A stretch of DNA of 64,000 nucleotides from an uncultured Holosporaceae bacterium (GCA_964560205.1 CAZLKT010000001.1:13733-77732), one strand, 5' to 3'; shown: positions 28,406 through 39,617, counted from the first letter of the stretch. Program-made: numbers and translations. The notes: generated from the sequence alone by a model not told the origin.

Positions 28406-29317
28406 CTAATGTAAAAAGTCTTTATAAGGGTCCTTGAGCTTTGGCTGAAGCTTCTCAAAGAGCATAATAGGAATACACAGCAATGCAATCATGCACACCG
28501 CCAAGGCACAGGCCACGGGCCAATCACGATTTGTGAAGAATTCATACCAGAGAAGTCGCCCAATGGTCAGAGAAGAGGATCCTCCCAAAAGCTCCGGAAT
28601 GATATACTCACCCATGGCAGGAATAAATACAAGGCTTGATCCAGACAAAATTCCCGGAAGCGACAGGGGAATCGTAATAGTACGCAATGCACGAAACGGT
28701 TTGCATCCAAGGTCATAGGCTGCTTCTAGAAGGGTTTGATCTATACGACTCAGGGCCGCATAAATGGGAAAGATCATAAAAGGAAGATATGAGTACACAA
28801 TGCCTATAATCACGCCTGTGGTGGTGTTCATCAGGTGAAAAGATGCAGGAATACCAATTTTTTGCAAAAGATGCATTCCTACCCCATCTGGACTGAGAAT
28901 ACCCATCCAGGCATAAACCCGCACTAAGAAGGAGGTGGCAAAAGGAAGTGCAGAAAGCATCAACCACAGAAGCTGTTTTTGGGGTGAAAATCTGGTGATA
29001 CCATAGGCCATGGGATACCCCAATAACAGACAAAAAAATGTGGACAGGGACGCAATGAAAAGCGAATTACTGTATGCCTTCCCGTACAACATGCTGTCAT
29101 GGATGACAAGACTGTAATTGGCAATGGAAAGACGCATTTGAAATGTTTCTTTATCCACCCATTGCAGGGTGGAGGAGTATGGTGGAAAACTTGCAGAAAA
29201 CTCTGAGAAACTTATATTGATAATGCTCAGCATGGGAAGAACAAGAAGAAGAAAGCATGTGACGTACGGGAGAGAGATCCAAGATTTTCTAAAAAAAGAG
29301 GAAGAAAATATGGTCAT
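28406..29317 (-). CDS. potB: Spermidine/putrescine ABC transporter permease (PotB/PotH-like)
   Basis: Six transmembrane segments, the EAA loop LLEAAYDLGCKPFRALRTITIPL, and FFTNRDWPVACA, which resembles the E. coli PotB FLNIRDWPFGAA segment. Confidence 0.85.
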   Translation of the reverse strand: MTIFSSSFFRKSWISLPYVTCFLLLVLPMLSIINISFSEFSASFPPYSSTLQWVDKETFQMRLSIANYSLVIHDSMLYGKAYSNSLFIASLSTFFCLLLGYPMAYGITRFSPQKQLLWLMLSALPFATSFLVRVYAWMGILSPDGVGMHLLQKIGIPASFHLMNTTTGVIIGIVYSYLPFMIFPIYAALSRIDQTLLEAAYDLGCKPFRALRTITIPLSLPGILSGSSLVFIPAMGEYIIPELLGGSSSLTIGRLLWYEFFTNRDWPVACALAVCMIALLCIPIMLFEKLQPKLKDPYKDFLH

Positions 29318-29321
29318 TTTT

Positions 29322-30449
29322 CTACACCGTTAAGATGACACTGCTTTCCGGTCTCCATCGCAGGAAGACTTCACTTTCCCAGGTGACGGGACGTTCAGCC
29401 AATCGTACCAGATTGGGCTGGGTGGCTAAGACCATTTTTCCGGAATCCAACTGAATGTGATACACAGATACATCTCCAAGATATGCAATATCTCGAACAA
29501 TGCCATGGGCTGTGTTATGTGTGGTTTTGGGTGGAAGATGGGTAATCATGATTTTTTCCGGCCGCACCACTACGGAGACCTGAGCGCCAACAGGCACCGA
29601 AGCCGAATACGACACTGCCAAATCTTTTTCCATGTCAGAGCAATGCACCACAACATACTCTGACTCCTCTTCCAAAACAATGCCCTCGAAAATATTAATG
29701 GACCCAACAAATTTGGCTACAGAAAGACAGTTTGGATATTCATAGACCTCTCCGGGAGTACCCACTTGCAAAATTCTCCCTTGATTCATCACAGCAATAC
29801 GAGAGGACATGGTCATGGCTTCTTCTTGATCATGGGTAACCATGACAAAGGTAATGCCCACTTTTTCCTGGATGTTCATAAGTTCAAACTGGGTTTTCTC
29901 TCGAAGGGTTTTATCCAGGGCCCCGAGGGGCTCGTCCAGCAAAAGCACTTGCGGTTGTTTTGCTAAAGAACGTGCAAGAGCAACCCGCTGCTGCTGGCCT
30001 CCAGAAAGCTGATGCGGAAGTCTTTTGGCATAATCTGTCATGTGTACCAAATCCAACATTTCATGGACGCGCTCTTTAATCACACTTTTGGACATTTTGT
30101 CTTGTCGAAGGCCGAAGGAAACATTTTCCTCCACAGTCATATGCGGGAAAAGGGCGTAGGATTGGAACATCATATTGACAGGAAGTTTGTAGGGAGGAAA
30201 CTCTGTCACATCCTGATTGTTAATAAAAATTCTGCCATTGGATGGTTTCTCAAAACCTCCCAAAAGCCGAAGCAGAGTGGTTTTTCCGCACCCTGACGGC
30301 CCAAGGAGGGAGAAAAACTCTTTGCGATAAATGGACAAACTCACTGTATCGAGGGCCTGGACTGATCCAAACTTTTTTGAAACCCCGTGAATATATATAA
30401 GCGGAGTCGCTTGTGGATCTTGCCATGGATAGAGTTGGGGAGTTTCCAT
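29322..30449 (-). CDS. potA: Spermidine/putrescine ABC transporter ATP-binding protein
   Basis: Walker A (GPSGCGKTT), signature (LSGGQQQR), Walker B (LLLDEP), and a TOBE-like C-terminal domain. Confidence 0.9.
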   Translation of the reverse strand: METPQLYPWQDPQATPLIYIHGVSKKFGSVQALDTVSLSIYRKEFFSLLGPSGCGKTTLLRLLGGFEKPSNGRIFINNQDVTEFPPYKLPVNMMFQSYALFPHMTVEENVSFGLRQDKMSKSVIKERVHEMLDLVHMTDYAKRLPHQLSGGQQQRVALARSLAKQPQVLLLDEPLGALDKTLREKTQFELMNIQEKVGITFVMVTHDQEEAMTMSSRIAVMNQGRILQVGTPGEVYEYPNCLSVAKFVGSINIFEGIVLEEESEYVVVHCSDMEKDLAVSYSASVPVGAQVSVVVRPEKIMITHLPPKTTHNTAHGIVRDIAYLGDVSVYHIQLDSGKMVLATQPNLVRLAERPVTWESEVFLRWRPESSVILTV

Positions 30450-30455
30450 ACGCCC

Positions 30456-31874
30456 TCAAGACTTTTTATGGGGAATGGATGGTTTTTCAGGATGCGCCGC
30501 CCACACAGTTAAAACCCCATCGGAGTTAAAAAGAAAAATCTTTCCATGGGCCACAGCGATGGCAGCCTTTTCCGCACCCTCACTCCCTTTATACTCAGAA
30601 AGAATATGACCTTTTTTGGTGGGGTCCATGGCGATAATATCCCCCTCATTATTCACCACATATACCGCATTATTAGCTACAAAAGGACCAAACCACGCTG
30701 CAGAAGGAAGCCCACGTGCATTCACCAAATCTTTTGCCCACATGACCTCCCCTGTATCTGCATGAAGTGCCACCATCCTCCATGAAGACATCCCCATTTC
30801 CGATGGTTTTTCTATGCAAAAAAGCATATGCCCTGAAATCCAGGGGGTACTGTTTAAGCGCAGGGGACACTTCCATATGAGATCCCCTGTCTCAAGCTGG
30901 TAACAACACACATAATGATCAGTCGTAACGGTGTATAGATAATGGTTATTAATAACGGGAGAGCATCGTGTGTGGGAAAGATGGTGCTGGGTGGAGGCCA
31001 AAGATTTTGTTTTTTTCCCATCATTTTTAATCCATAAAAGCGCTTCATTCACAAGAGATAATGCCACCACCTCACCCGAAGAAAATGTAGACACCATAAT
31101 GCCATCATCAGAAATAGAGGGCGATATATTGCCCAAATACCGCGATTCCTCCACAAGACCAGAATAGTCCATCACAGACTCTCCGGTTTTCGTATCAAAA
31201 ATCTCCACCTGATTATTCATATTAAGACAACACACATAGTTCTCATAGTATACTGGCGCTCCACGGACCGGAGCCGTGGTGGCTTGGGTCCACAGAGTAC
31301 TCCCATCTTTTTCGGAAAGACAAAAAATATGACAGCAGGGGGTGGTAATAAAAAGATGTCCCTTCCCGTCACTACACATGCCACCACCAAACTGTGTCAC
31401 ATCTGACTCTTCTGAAAGCGCCTTATTCCACTGGAGCTGACCAAAAAGATCCACGCAATGAACGGCACCACAATGATAGAGAAAAACATGGTCGTGGGTA
31501 ACAATGGGGGTGGCCGTCAAGTAACTGGGTTCCTGCCTGGTGCTATAGGACCATGCAGGAGTCAAAGGCCCTGGTGAAAGAAAAAGATTGCTGCTGTTGC
31601 GAGACGCAGTACGCCCATCCTGAAGCCACAGAAGATCCGCCCTCATAACTGGGGAAAGAATAATTTCTCTTTCTCCTGCCAACGAAGATTCCACGATCTT
31701 CGAGGTTGTATCATCCACATCCACTGAAATACGCTTTCCCTCCAAAGGTATTTTTTCCTTTTCAAAGAGACTGCATCCTCCGAGAAAAAGTCCACATAAA
31801 AGGACCACCCCCATGGAAAGCGCTCTTTTCTGTGTCAACAGACCCTTCAAAAAACTCCAACAACATTTTGTCAT
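30456..31874 (-). CDS. bamB: PQQ-like beta-propeller outer-membrane lipoprotein (BamB-like)
   Basis: Lipobox LFLGGC-SLF. Repeated beta-propeller blades with W/G periodicity. It lies immediately downstream of a YfgM-like gene, as in the conserved yfgM-bamB pair. The start may be the internal MGVVLLC methionine at 31814. Confidence 0.65.
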   Translation of the reverse strand: MTKCCWSFLKGLLTQKRALSMGVVLLCGLFLGGCSLFEKEKIPLEGKRISVDVDDTTSKIVESSLAGEREIILSPVMRADLLWLQDGRTASRNSSNLFLSPGPLTPAWSYSTRQEPSYLTATPIVTHDHVFLYHCGAVHCVDLFGQLQWNKALSEESDVTQFGGGMCSDGKGHLFITTPCCHIFCLSEKDGSTLWTQATTAPVRGAPVYYENYVCCLNMNNQVEIFDTKTGESVMDYSGLVEESRYLGNISPSISDDGIMVSTFSSGEVVALSLVNEALLWIKNDGKKTKSLASTQHHLSHTRCSPVINNHYLYTVTTDHYVCCYQLETGDLIWKCPLRLNSTPWISGHMLFCIEKPSEMGMSSWRMVALHADTGEVMWAKDLVNARGLPSAAWFGPFVANNAVYVVNNEGDIIAMDPTKKGHILSEYKGSEGAEKAAIAVAHGKIFLFNSDGVLTVWAAHPEKPSIPHKKS

Positions 31875-31884
31875 GCTTCATATC

Positions 31885-32571
31885 CTACTCATATTGATCT
31901 TTTTCTTGAAATGTACGAGAAACTCCTGCACCTAGGGCAGTATAAAGAAAAAGCCAATATCCTCGGCTGTTTGCCTCTATTTTGCTCTCCCACTGAGAAA
32001 AGCCCTTCAGAAGTTGAGACCCACCCTGGGGATTCACTGTGCAATATTCTGCCAAAGCATCATAAAGAAGCACCATGGGTCTCCATGCAACGCTTTTCTT
32101 GTAATATTCAGAAAACTTCTTGTCTTCAGAAGAAGAAATACCTGCTCCCCCTGTATCGATATGCTTTAATGCCATGGCTGCAGAGAGAAAGTTCATGATC
32201 TCCACGGACTCACTGTAAGGAGCAAAAAAATCCTTTATTTCTTGAGCGCTGTGTGCTTCTTTCAGCAAATATAGGGATGAAAGGGTCTCCATCCCATCCC
32301 TTTCTGAGACTGATGTCTTCAGGACCTCCTCTGCGTCCTTCTTCTCTTGTGAGGTTGCATCCGTCTTTTCCAAAATCTCTATGGAAGAAAGAAAGACATG
32401 CTCTCTCTCATACAGGGCCTCCTCTCGTCGCGCATTCATCCATGTTTTCAGTGCCACCCCCATGAGGAGAAAGACCGCACATATGCCTGCAATGGCAAGC
32501 ACGCGAAAAAATTTTTTCAAAAAATCTTCTCGTTTAAGCTCCTCGTGGATTTCATCAAGAATTTTTGTCAT
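31885..32571 (-). CDS. Membrane-anchored helical protein, YfgM-like (call rests on synteny)
   Basis: One N-terminal transmembrane segment (FFRVLAIAGICAVFLLMGVAL) followed by a helical periplasmic domain. The position directly upstream of the bamB-like gene supports the call. Sequence evidence alone is weak. Confidence 0.45.
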   Translation of the reverse strand: MTKILDEIHEELKREDFLKKFFRVLAIAGICAVFLLMGVALKTWMNARREEALYEREHVFLSSIEILEKTDATSQEKKDAEEVLKTSVSERDGMETLSSLYLLKEAHSAQEIKDFFAPYSESVEIMNFLSAAMALKHIDTGGAGISSSEDKKFSEYYKKSVAWRPMVLLYDALAEYCTVNPQGGSQLLKGFSQWESKIEANSRGYWLFLYTALGAGVSRTFQEKDQYE

Positions 32572-32723
32572 AAAAAAATGCCCAGATATAATCGCCTCAC
32601 CCATCATAGAATATTTCACAGATCCTCGTAAAGTGTTGTTTTTTTTTCTGGTATTTTTCTTGTCTTCTTAAGGTGTATACCATACACTTATGTACACGAG
32701 AATGGTAAGAGGTTACGTGCGTC

Positions 32724-33749
32724 TTGAGCACCAGAGCATACCCACATTTTTCCTTAGGGCCTGTGCAGCTTCCCGGCCCTGTGGTGATATTAGCCCCTCT
32801 ATCGGGGATCACAGACTTTCCCTTTCGATCCATGGTACGAAAATATGGAAACCCAAGCCTTGTGGTATCTGAAATGATAGCAAGCCCCTCCATGGTGCGC
32901 CACATTAAAAAGACTCTACGCCGTGGCCGTCATCCTCAGGAGCCTGGCCCCATTTCTGTTCAGCTGGCAGGCAATGATCCTGCCATCATGGCGGAAGCAG
33001 CAAAAATAGGGGTAGATCATGGCGCCACCATCATTGATTTAAACTTTGGGTGTCCGGCAAAAAAAATTGCCATTAACAGCTATGCGGGGTCTGCACTGAT
33101 GAAGGATGAGGTGCTGGCAGGACAAATTTTCTCAGCTGTGGTGAAAGCCGTACCCGTGCCTGTCACTGTAAAGATGCGCAAAGGATGGGATGACAAAAAT
33201 CTGAATGCCCCCAATCTTGCCCGTATCGCACAAGAGAGTGGGATTGCCATGGTAACAGTACACGGTCGCACTCGATGCCAGTTTTTTCAAGATAGAGCAG
33301 ACTGGTCTTTTTTCCAGAACGTCTGTGATGCCATTTCCATCCCAGTTATAGGAAATGGTGATATCCGAAGCCTGGAGGATGCTTCATCTGTTTTTCGCAT
33401 GTCCGGCGTAAGAGGCATCATGGTGGGGCGTGCGTGCTATGGAAAGCCATGGCTTATTGCCCAGATACGACACTTTCTCTCCACGGGAGAGACCATGCCT
33501 CCACCTCCCATAAAAAAACAGAGGGAAATTGTGGAGGAGCATATGGACATGCTGTTGGAACACTATGGGCGCGAAAGCGGTCTTATGATCATGCGCAAGC
33601 ATTTGGCGTGGTACAGTCGATCTCTTCCATCTGCCACCTCTTTTCGAAACCACATATTTCAGGAAAGTTGTGAAAACCGTCTTCGTCACACCATTCGAGA
33701 TTTTTACAAAAGCGCAGAGGATGCCCTGGAAAAGGAGGAAAATACATGA
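32724..33749 (+). CDS. dusB: tRNA-dihydrouridine synthase (DusB/NifR3-like)
   Basis: LAPLSGITDFPFR..., IIDLNFGCPAKKI, VTVKMRKGWD, VTVHGRTR and IGNGDI motifs. Confidence 0.9.
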   Translation: MSTRAYPHFSLGPVQLPGPVVILAPLSGITDFPFRSMVRKYGNPSLVVSEMIASPSMVRHIKKTLRRGRHPQEPGPISVQLAGNDPAIMAEAAKIGVDHGATIIDLNFGCPAKKIAINSYAGSALMKDEVLAGQIFSAVVKAVPVPVTVKMRKGWDDKNLNAPNLARIAQESGIAMVTVHGRTRCQFFQDRADWSFFQNVCDAISIPVIGNGDIRSLEDASSVFRMSGVRGIMVGRACYGKPWLIAQIRHFLSTGETMPPPPIKKQREIVEEHMDMLLEHYGRESGLMIMRKHLAWYSRSLPSATSFRNHIFQESCENRLRHTIRDFYKSAEDALEKEENT

Positions 33750-34159
33750 ATTTTCTGGACGATGTTTTTTCCTGGGCAAAAAAATTTCCTCCATATTTTG
33801 GAGCATTGTGCATTGATGCCCTTATTGTCGCAACCTCTGTGGTTTTTTTGTGGGACCCACATCAGACTTTTCCTTTATGGGTTCTGAGCCTCTCCAAAGT
33901 TCTTTTCTTTGTGGCCATCCAATGGATATGGGGTCCCCCATCACATCCATGGGCCACCCCTGAGGAACAACAGGAAAGTTTTCAAAAAGTGGGTTGTGTG
34001 GAGGGGCTTTTTTGTATTTTATTAATTTTGATTAAGGTATGGACCTTGGGAGCCTTTTTTCTGCAGTGCAGTTTTACCTATGTGCTCTTATGGGGTGTGA
34101 GATATGCATGGAGAAATGTATGGAAGAAAAAGCATAACAAAATGGAGCATATGAAATAA
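33746..34159 (+). CDS. Hypothetical small integral membrane protein
   Basis: 137 aa with about 4 hydrophobic segments. AAGGAGG SD. ATGA overlap with dusB and a 1-nt overlap with the next gene imply translational coupling. Confidence 0.55.
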   Translation: MNFLDDVFSWAKKFPPYFGALCIDALIVATSVVFLWDPHQTFPLWVLSLSKVLFFVAIQWIWGPPSHPWATPEEQQESFQKVGCVEGLFCILLILIKVWTLGAFFLQCSFTYVLLWGVRYAWRNVWKKKHNKMEHMK

Positions 34160-35232
34160 TGTCCCCTGAGTATGCAAAAATTTTAGTGATTGGTGCGGGA
34201 CCGGTGGGTCTTTTTTCCGTCTTTACCTGCGGTATGCTTGGCATCCCTTGTTCCGTTCTGGATACTCTATCGACTCCTGGGGGTCAGTGCCGCACACTCT
34301 ATCCGGAAAAGCCCATTTATGATATTCCTGCATTTCCTAAGATCTTGTCAGAGGACTTTATACAACAGCTGGAAGCCCAGATAACACCCTTTCGTCCCCA
34401 GTTTTTTCTGGGGGAATCTGCCATCACTCTTGAGCGTCTCTCTTTAGAAAAATATGCACATCTCCAAGAACACTTTGATATACCGCTCTCCACATTACCA
34501 GCTGTATGGCGAGTGCACACATCGGCGGGGCGCTCCTTCATCACCCTGTGCATCCTTATATGCTCAGGAGGCGGGGCACTCATCCCCAAAAGACCCCCAT
34601 TAGAACACGTGGAACATTTTGAAGGAAAAAGTGTTTTCTATCATGTGAGCCACAAAGAGCGTTTCAAAGGAAAAAAAATCGTTATTGCGGGGGGAGGAGA
34701 CTCCGCAGTGGATTGGGCTGTACTTTTAGCTCCTGATGCAGAGATTGTTCATATGATTCATCGACGGCATCAGTTTCGAGCACAGGATGCTTCCCTCAAA
34801 GCCCTCAAAGAACTTATAGATGCTGGGAAAATCGTACTCCATGTGCCCTATCAATTGCACATGGTTTCTGGGGATCATCATGGTATGCTTCATAAAGTCA
34901 CCCTCTGTCATTTAGAAACCCAAGAGCCCATCGGCATCGCCTGCGATTATCTTTTACCTTTTTTTGGTATTGATTTTGATATGGGGCCACTTTTGTCATG
35001 GGGACTGCACATGGAAAAGGGAAGAATCATCACCCATCCCACCGCTGGCACCACAAACCTTCCGGGCATTTATGCGGCTGGAGATGTCAGCACCTACCCT
35101 CACAAATTAAAGCTTATTGTCACAGGGTTTGGAGAGGTGGCCAATATTGCACATCACATTCAACAGTATCTCTTCCCGGAAAAAAGCTTCTCGTTTCAAC
35201 ACTCCACCACCACAGGCATTAAAAGCCTCTAG
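34159..35232 (+). CDS. Ferredoxin--NADP(+) reductase, thioredoxin-reductase-like type
   Basis: VIGAGPVGLF (FAD GxGxxG), GGQCRTLYPEKPIYDIPAFP, AGGGDSAVDWA (NADPH site), and YAAGDV. Confidence 0.85.
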   Translation: MSPEYAKILVIGAGPVGLFSVFTCGMLGIPCSVLDTLSTPGGQCRTLYPEKPIYDIPAFPKILSEDFIQQLEAQITPFRPQFFLGESAITLERLSLEKYAHLQEHFDIPLSTLPAVWRVHTSAGRSFITLCILICSGGGALIPKRPPLEHVEHFEGKSVFYHVSHKERFKGKKIVIAGGGDSAVDWAVLLAPDAEIVHMIHRRHQFRAQDASLKALKELIDAGKIVLHVPYQLHMVSGDHHGMLHKVTLCHLETQEPIGIACDYLLPFFGIDFDMGPLLSWGLHMEKGRIITHPTAGTTNLPGIYAAGDVSTYPHKLKLIVTGFGEVANIAHHIQQYLFPEKSFSFQHSTTTGIKSL

Positions 35233-35244
35233 AGGACAGAGACT

Positions 35245-35643
35245 ATGATTATTGGTATCGGCATTGATTATGTAGATATTCGACGAATACAGCGTCTTTT
35301 GGAAGAATTTCCTCGTTTTATGCACCGCATTTTTACGCCCCAAGAGCGAACCTACGCGCAACAACGTACCAACCCCGCAGGCATTTACGCCAAAAGATTT
35401 GCGGCCAAGGAAGCTTTTATAAAAGCCACCGGAAAAAAGCTTTCGCCAAGCTTTTCTTGGCAAGATGTTTATGTGGAAAACACTGAAAATGGCATGCCAT
35501 TTTTAAATTTTTCCACACAAGGTCGACATTTTCTCATGGAACAGTTCGGAGATGTCGTCTGTCACCTCAGTCTCACCGATGAACCACCGTATGCAGCAGC
35601 ATTTGTGGTCATGGAGCGTATCTTACACAATGGTTTATTCTAA
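35245..35643 (+). CDS. acpS: Holo-[acyl-carrier-protein] synthase
   Basis: MIIGIGIDYVDIRRI..., FTPQER, AAKEAFIKA, and SLTDE motifs. Confidence 0.9.
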   Translation: MIIGIGIDYVDIRRIQRLLEEFPRFMHRIFTPQERTYAQQRTNPAGIYAKRFAAKEAFIKATGKKLSPSFSWQDVYVENTENGMPFLNFSTQGRHFLMEQFGDVVCHLSLTDEPPYAAAFVVMERILHNGLF

Positions 35644-38358
35644 AGACAGAAGATTTTCCTCTGGGCTCTCCATATGACCTTCCGGAGAGGAGCTCTCATC
35701 TTCTGGCCCCTCCTCTTCTTGCGGGATGGCGGCCATGGACACAATGTGCTCGCCGTTTTCCGCCAAACGAAAGACTCGTACCCCTTGAGTTTTTCTCCCA
35801 GAAATGCGGATCTTCTCCACCGGGCATCGCAAAAGCTGCCCTTCATTGGTCAAAAGCAAGATATGATCCGTATCTTTTACTGGACAAGCATTGACGATGT
35901 ATCCTGTGCGCTCTGTCACCTCCATGGTTGCCACCCCCTGTCCCCCGCGCTTAATACGACGATATGCGTAAGAGGACGTACGCTTTCCAAAGCCCTGTTC
36001 ACTTATACACAGCACAAATTCCTCATCCTTCTCCATGGAAGTCCACAGCTGCTCTGAGGAAACGGTGGCGCCCTCTTCACCCTCCTCCCCATGGTGACGA
36101 CGCAGATAACTTTCTGTGTCTTCAGAAGAATACTGTGTGGAGGACAGAAGACTCATGGACACAACAGAATCACCTTTTTTAAGATTCATACCACGTACAC
36201 CAGTGGAGTTGCGACCAGCAAATTTCCGCAACTCCCCCACCCCAAAACGAATGCTCTTTCCATATCGAGATGAAAGAAGGATGTCCTCTTGGCCATGGGA
36301 CAAAACCACGGCAATAAGCTTCTCCCCCGGAGAAAGCTTCATGGCAATTTTCCCGTTGGATCGAATGGAGAGAAAGTCTTCCAAAGCATTTTTTCGCACC
36401 ATACCATGGGATGTGGCAAAAATAATAAATTCTGGGCACTCCTCTGAAGCCTTAGGAAGAGAAAGAATGGTGGTGAGTTTTTCATCTTCTGAAAAGGGGA
36501 AACATGTGACAAGGGGCTTGCCTCGAGAGGTCGCCGACCCAAGGGGCAGCTCATGAACCTTCATTTGATACACTTGTCCCAGAGAAGTGAAGAAAAGCAG
36601 CGGAGTATGGGTATCCGCCACAAAAACCTGTGAAACTGCATCTTCCTCACGGGTCATCATGGCATGACGACCACGTCCTCCACGTTTTTGGCTTCGATAG
36701 GTTGTCAGTGGTACGCGCTTGATGTAGCCATTGACGCTTACGGTTACCACCATCTCTTCACAGGGAATCATATCCTCCATGGATACAGATTTCAGGGACT
36801 GGATTTGCACAAGGGTTTTTCTTGGCATGGGGAAAAGGCGTCTAACCTCTTGCATTTCCTCCTTGATCATGGAAAAAAGCTTTTCGTCCGACCCCAAAAG
36901 GCCAAGATATGTGTCTATGGCGGCTTGCAGCTCTGTCAGCTCATCTTGCAATTTCCCTCGCTCCATATTGGTGAGACGACTGAGACGCAAGGCCAGGATA
37001 GCTTTAGCCTGATCTTCAGAGAGAAAATAGGAAGCACCACTGGAGCCTTGTGGAAGCAAATCCAATCGTGCAAGGTACTCTGCAATGCTGCTCTCCAGAG
37101 GCCACTCCTTTCTTTGCAGTGCACTCAGCGCATGGGCATGATCTTCTGATGCCTTAATGAGGGCGATAACCTCATCGATTCTCTGCACAGCCACAAGAAG
37201 CCCCACCACCACCTGCACCTTATCTCTGGCTTTATGAAGATAAAATTGGGTGCGCCGCACCACCACTTCCTTTCGAAACTCCAAGAAAGCTGCGAGAATG
37301 TCCACAAGGGACATCTGTTGCGGTTGACCTCTATGAATCACCAGCATGTTAATACCAAAGGATGTCTGAAGAGATGTCATGGCATAAAGCTTATTCAGCA
37401 CCACTTCGGACACCACATCTTTTTTAAGCTCCAATACAATGCGCACTCCATGGCGATCAGACTCATCTCGCAGGTCTGATATGCCCTCCAGCTCTTTCTG
37501 AGAAACCAGATCGGCAATGCGCTCAATGAGCAAAGCTTTATTCACCTGATAAGGGATTTCAGTAATGATAATGGCTTCCCGTTCTTTCTTGATGGATTCT
37601 ATATGATGGCGTCCACGGATCAAAAAACTTCCACGACCAGTGGAGTATCCATCCACAAGGCCCGTATCCGTAATGATAATGCCGCCAGTGGGAAAATCCG
37701 GTCCTTGGATAAAAGCACTCAGGTCCTGGAGAGACACATCCATCTTTTTATCAATCATGTAGCAACATGCATCAATAAGTTCCTCAAGGTTGTGAGGTGG
37801 AATGTTTGTAGCCATACCCACCGCGATGCCGCTGGCACCATTCACCAGAAGATTTGGAAACCGTGCTGGCAATACCGTGGGCATCTCAAGGGTTTCATCG
37901 TAGTTGAGTTGGAAATCCACAGTGGCTTTATCATAGTCTTCCAAAAGAAAATGAGCTGCATGGGAAAGGCGAGCCTCTGTATAACGCATGGCAGCAGCCT
38001 TATCTCCATCCATGGATCCAAAATTTCCATGGCCGGAAACCAATGGCAAACGCATGGAAAACTTCTGAGCCATACGCACCATAGCTTCATAAATGGGTTC
38101 CATACCATGGGGATGATATTTTGCAAAGACTTGCCCCACGACATTTGCAGATTTTCTATGAGGCTTATTGTAGTCAAAGCCGCCCTCTATCATGGCATAC
38201 AGAATACGCCGATGCACCGGCTTAAGCCCATCTCGCACATCAGGAAGCGCCCTTCCCACAATGACGCTCATGGCATAATCCAGATAGGATCGCTTGAGCT
38301 CATCCTCTACAAAAACAGGAACAACTTCCCCAAAAAGCTGTGATTGTTGCATAGACAC
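35635..38358 (-). CDS. gyrA: DNA gyrase subunit A
   Basis: [14 protein letters not shown], the active-site region AAMRYTE, and the GyrA box QKRGGRG; 907 aa. Confidence 0.95.
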   Translation of the reverse strand: MSMQQSQLFGEVVPVFVEDELKRSYLDYAMSVIVGRALPDVRDGLKPVHRRILYAMIEGGFDYNKPHRKSANVVGQVFAKYHPHGMEPIYEAMVRMAQKFSMRLPLVSGHGNFGSMDGDKAAAMRYTEARLSHAAHFLLEDYDKATVDFQLNYDETLEMPTVLPARFPNLLVNGASGIAVGMATNIPPHNLEELIDACCYMIDKKMDVSLQDLSAFIQGPDFPTGGIIITDTGLVDGYSTGRGSFLIRGRHHIESIKKEREAIIITEIPYQVNKALLIERIADLVSQKELEGISDLRDESDRHGVRIVLELKKDVVSEVVLNKLYAMTSLQTSFGINMLVIHRGQPQQMSLVDILAAFLEFRKEVVVRRTQFYLHKARDKVQVVVGLLVAVQRIDEVIALIKASEDHAHALSALQRKEWPLESSIAEYLARLDLLPQGSSGASYFLSEDQAKAILALRLSRLTNMERGKLQDELTELQAAIDTYLGLLGSDEKLFSMIKEEMQEVRRLFPMPRKTLVQIQSLKSVSMEDMIPCEEMVVTVSVNGYIKRVPLTTYRSQKRGGRGRHAMMTREEDAVSQVFVADTHTPLLFFTSLGQVYQMKVHELPLGSATSRGKPLVTCFPFSEDEKLTTILSLPKASEECPEFIIFATSHGMVRKNALEDFLSIRSNGKIAMKLSPGEKLIAVVLSHGQEDILLSSRYGKSIRFGVGELRKFAGRNSTGVRGMNLKKGDSVVSMSLLSSTQYSSEDTESYLRRHHGEEGEEGATVSSEQLWTSMEKDEEFVLCISEQGFGKRTSSYAYRRIKRGGQGVATMEVTERTGYIVNACPVKDTDHILLLTNEGQLLRCPVEKIRISGRKTQGVRVFRLAENGEHIVSMAAIPQEEEGPEDESSSPEGHMESPEENLLSLE

Positions 38359-38361
38359 TCT

Positions 38362-38838
38362 CTAAAAAGGAATCTCATCATCCGTAAGGGGCGGCCCCGA
38401 GGCGTCCTCTCCGGATGTTGATCCTCCGCCACCTTCTTCATCTCCATATCCCTGAGAAGCGCCCGCATATCCGCCTTCACCCCCCTTGATGCCATCCAAA
38501 AGAATCACATCTCCTTTGTATCGAATACAAATTTCATGGGTGCGCTGCTCAACATTGGTTTCAGGGTTGATAAAGGTACGGCTCTGCAAAGTGCCCTCTA
38601 CAAAAACCTTACTCCCCTTCTTCAAAAGCCGCTCACATCGCTCAATGAGATACGGATTAAAGATAACCACCCTGTGCCACTCCGTGCGATCTTTTCTCTC
38701 GCCGGTGGTGCGATCCTTCCACGACTCTGATGTGGCAATGGATAAAGTAACAAATCTTGCCGGCGACTGACTTTTTGAGGGCTCTGGATCCCGTCCCAAA
38801 TTTCCAATAAGGGTTACCCTGTTCAAACTATATACCAT
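38362..38838 (-). CDS. ssb: Single-stranded DNA-binding protein
   Basis: LNRVTLIGNLGRDPE..., a Gly-rich tail, and a C-terminal DDEIPF. Confidence 0.9.
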   Translation of the reverse strand: MVYSLNRVTLIGNLGRDPEPSKSQSPARFVTLSIATSESWKDRTTGERKDRTEWHRVVIFNPYLIERCERLLKKGSKVFVEGTLQSRTFINPETNVEQRTHEICIRYKGDVILLDGIKGGEGGYAGASQGYGDEEGGGGSTSGEDASGPPLTDDEIPF

Positions 38839-39069
38839 GCGAAAGCTCCTCATCACATACTAACCATTTATCATACGTAAAATCCTCTCAAAAGCCAAAT
38901 AAAAAATATGATTTTTTTTCTTGTTTCTTTTTTTCAAAAGAGATTACGGGGGTCCTTCAGTGGAAAATATATGGGAAAGAGGAGAAGAAGAAATATATTT
39001 TCCCTGTGTCCCTTTACAAAGGGGGCCATGAAAAAGTAAAATGGTGGCAGATTTCATGAGGAGAAAAGG

Positions 39070-39207
39070 ATGAAAAGAACTTTTCAGCCCAGTGTGCTTG
39101 TTCGAAAGCGTCGTCATGGGTTTCGGGCGCGGATGGCTACAGTAGGTGGTCGGCTTGTTATTTCCCGAAGAAGACAAAAAGGCAGAAAGCGGTTGTCGGC
39201 TCAATGA
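39070..39207 (+). CDS. rpmH: 50S ribosomal protein L34
   Basis: Hand-translated ORF, not in the track: [45 protein letters not shown]. Its stop overlaps the rnpA ATG. Confidence 0.95.
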   Translation: MKRTFQPSVLVRKRRHGFRARMATVGGRLVISRRRQKGRKRLSAQ

Positions 39208-39617
39208 GATGCGCATCTTTGCCACAATCTCACGGTGCATGGGAAAGGTTCCGTCAGGTGCCTTTCCGAAGAAAGATGTCCGAGAATCCTGAGCTTTTGG
39301 TAAAAGTTATCACGTCTGAGGATACGGCTTGTGCATCTGGTGCTTTTTTGTATGGCATTGTGGTATCAAAGAAGCTCGGTAATGCCGTGTGTCGCAATAA
39401 AATGAAGAGAAGGGTGAGAGAAGCCTTTCGCATGATTTCTCGGGCTTTTTCCCAAGAAGTTCCTCTGGAAAAAAGAGCATTCCTGGTGATGTCGTGTTTG
39501 GTGCTCTTAAAAGAAAAAGCCTTGGCGAACTTTCCCTTTTCATTGGTTGTGGAACAACTTTCCGCCCATGTTGCTCACTTTTTCCCCCACTTTATACAAA
39601 AAACTGCCCCCCCATGA
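39204..39617 (+). CDS. rnpA: Ribonuclease P protein component
   Basis: The RNR motif region [18 protein letters not shown] and the conserved position after rpmH. A later start (MSENPE) is possible. Confidence 0.85.
   Translation: MRCASLPQSHGAWERFRQVPFRRKMSENPELLVKVITSEDTACASGAFLYGIVVSKKLGNAVCRNKMKRRVREAFRMISRAFSQEVPLEKRAFLVMSCLVLLKEKALANFPFSLVVEQLSAHVAHFFPHFIQKTAPP

Noticed and set aside
37603-38343. Long antisense or overlapping ORFs in the track. Examples are the 246-aa ORF inside gyrA, 44905-45456 inside alaS, 60327-60953 inside the EamA gene, 14940-15458 inside tsaC, and 18944-19501 opposite rluD.
   Set aside because: Each lies entirely within a strongly supported gene on another frame or strand. 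They have no recognisable motifs and have odd composition, so they are shadow ORFs.
38857-39069. The ssb-rpmH intergenic region as an origin or dnaA-linked region, because rpmH-rnpA-yidC often neighbours dnaA
   Set aside because: No dnaA gene is present in the window and no DnaA-box cluster is visible. The region is short and looks like a simple divergent promoter.
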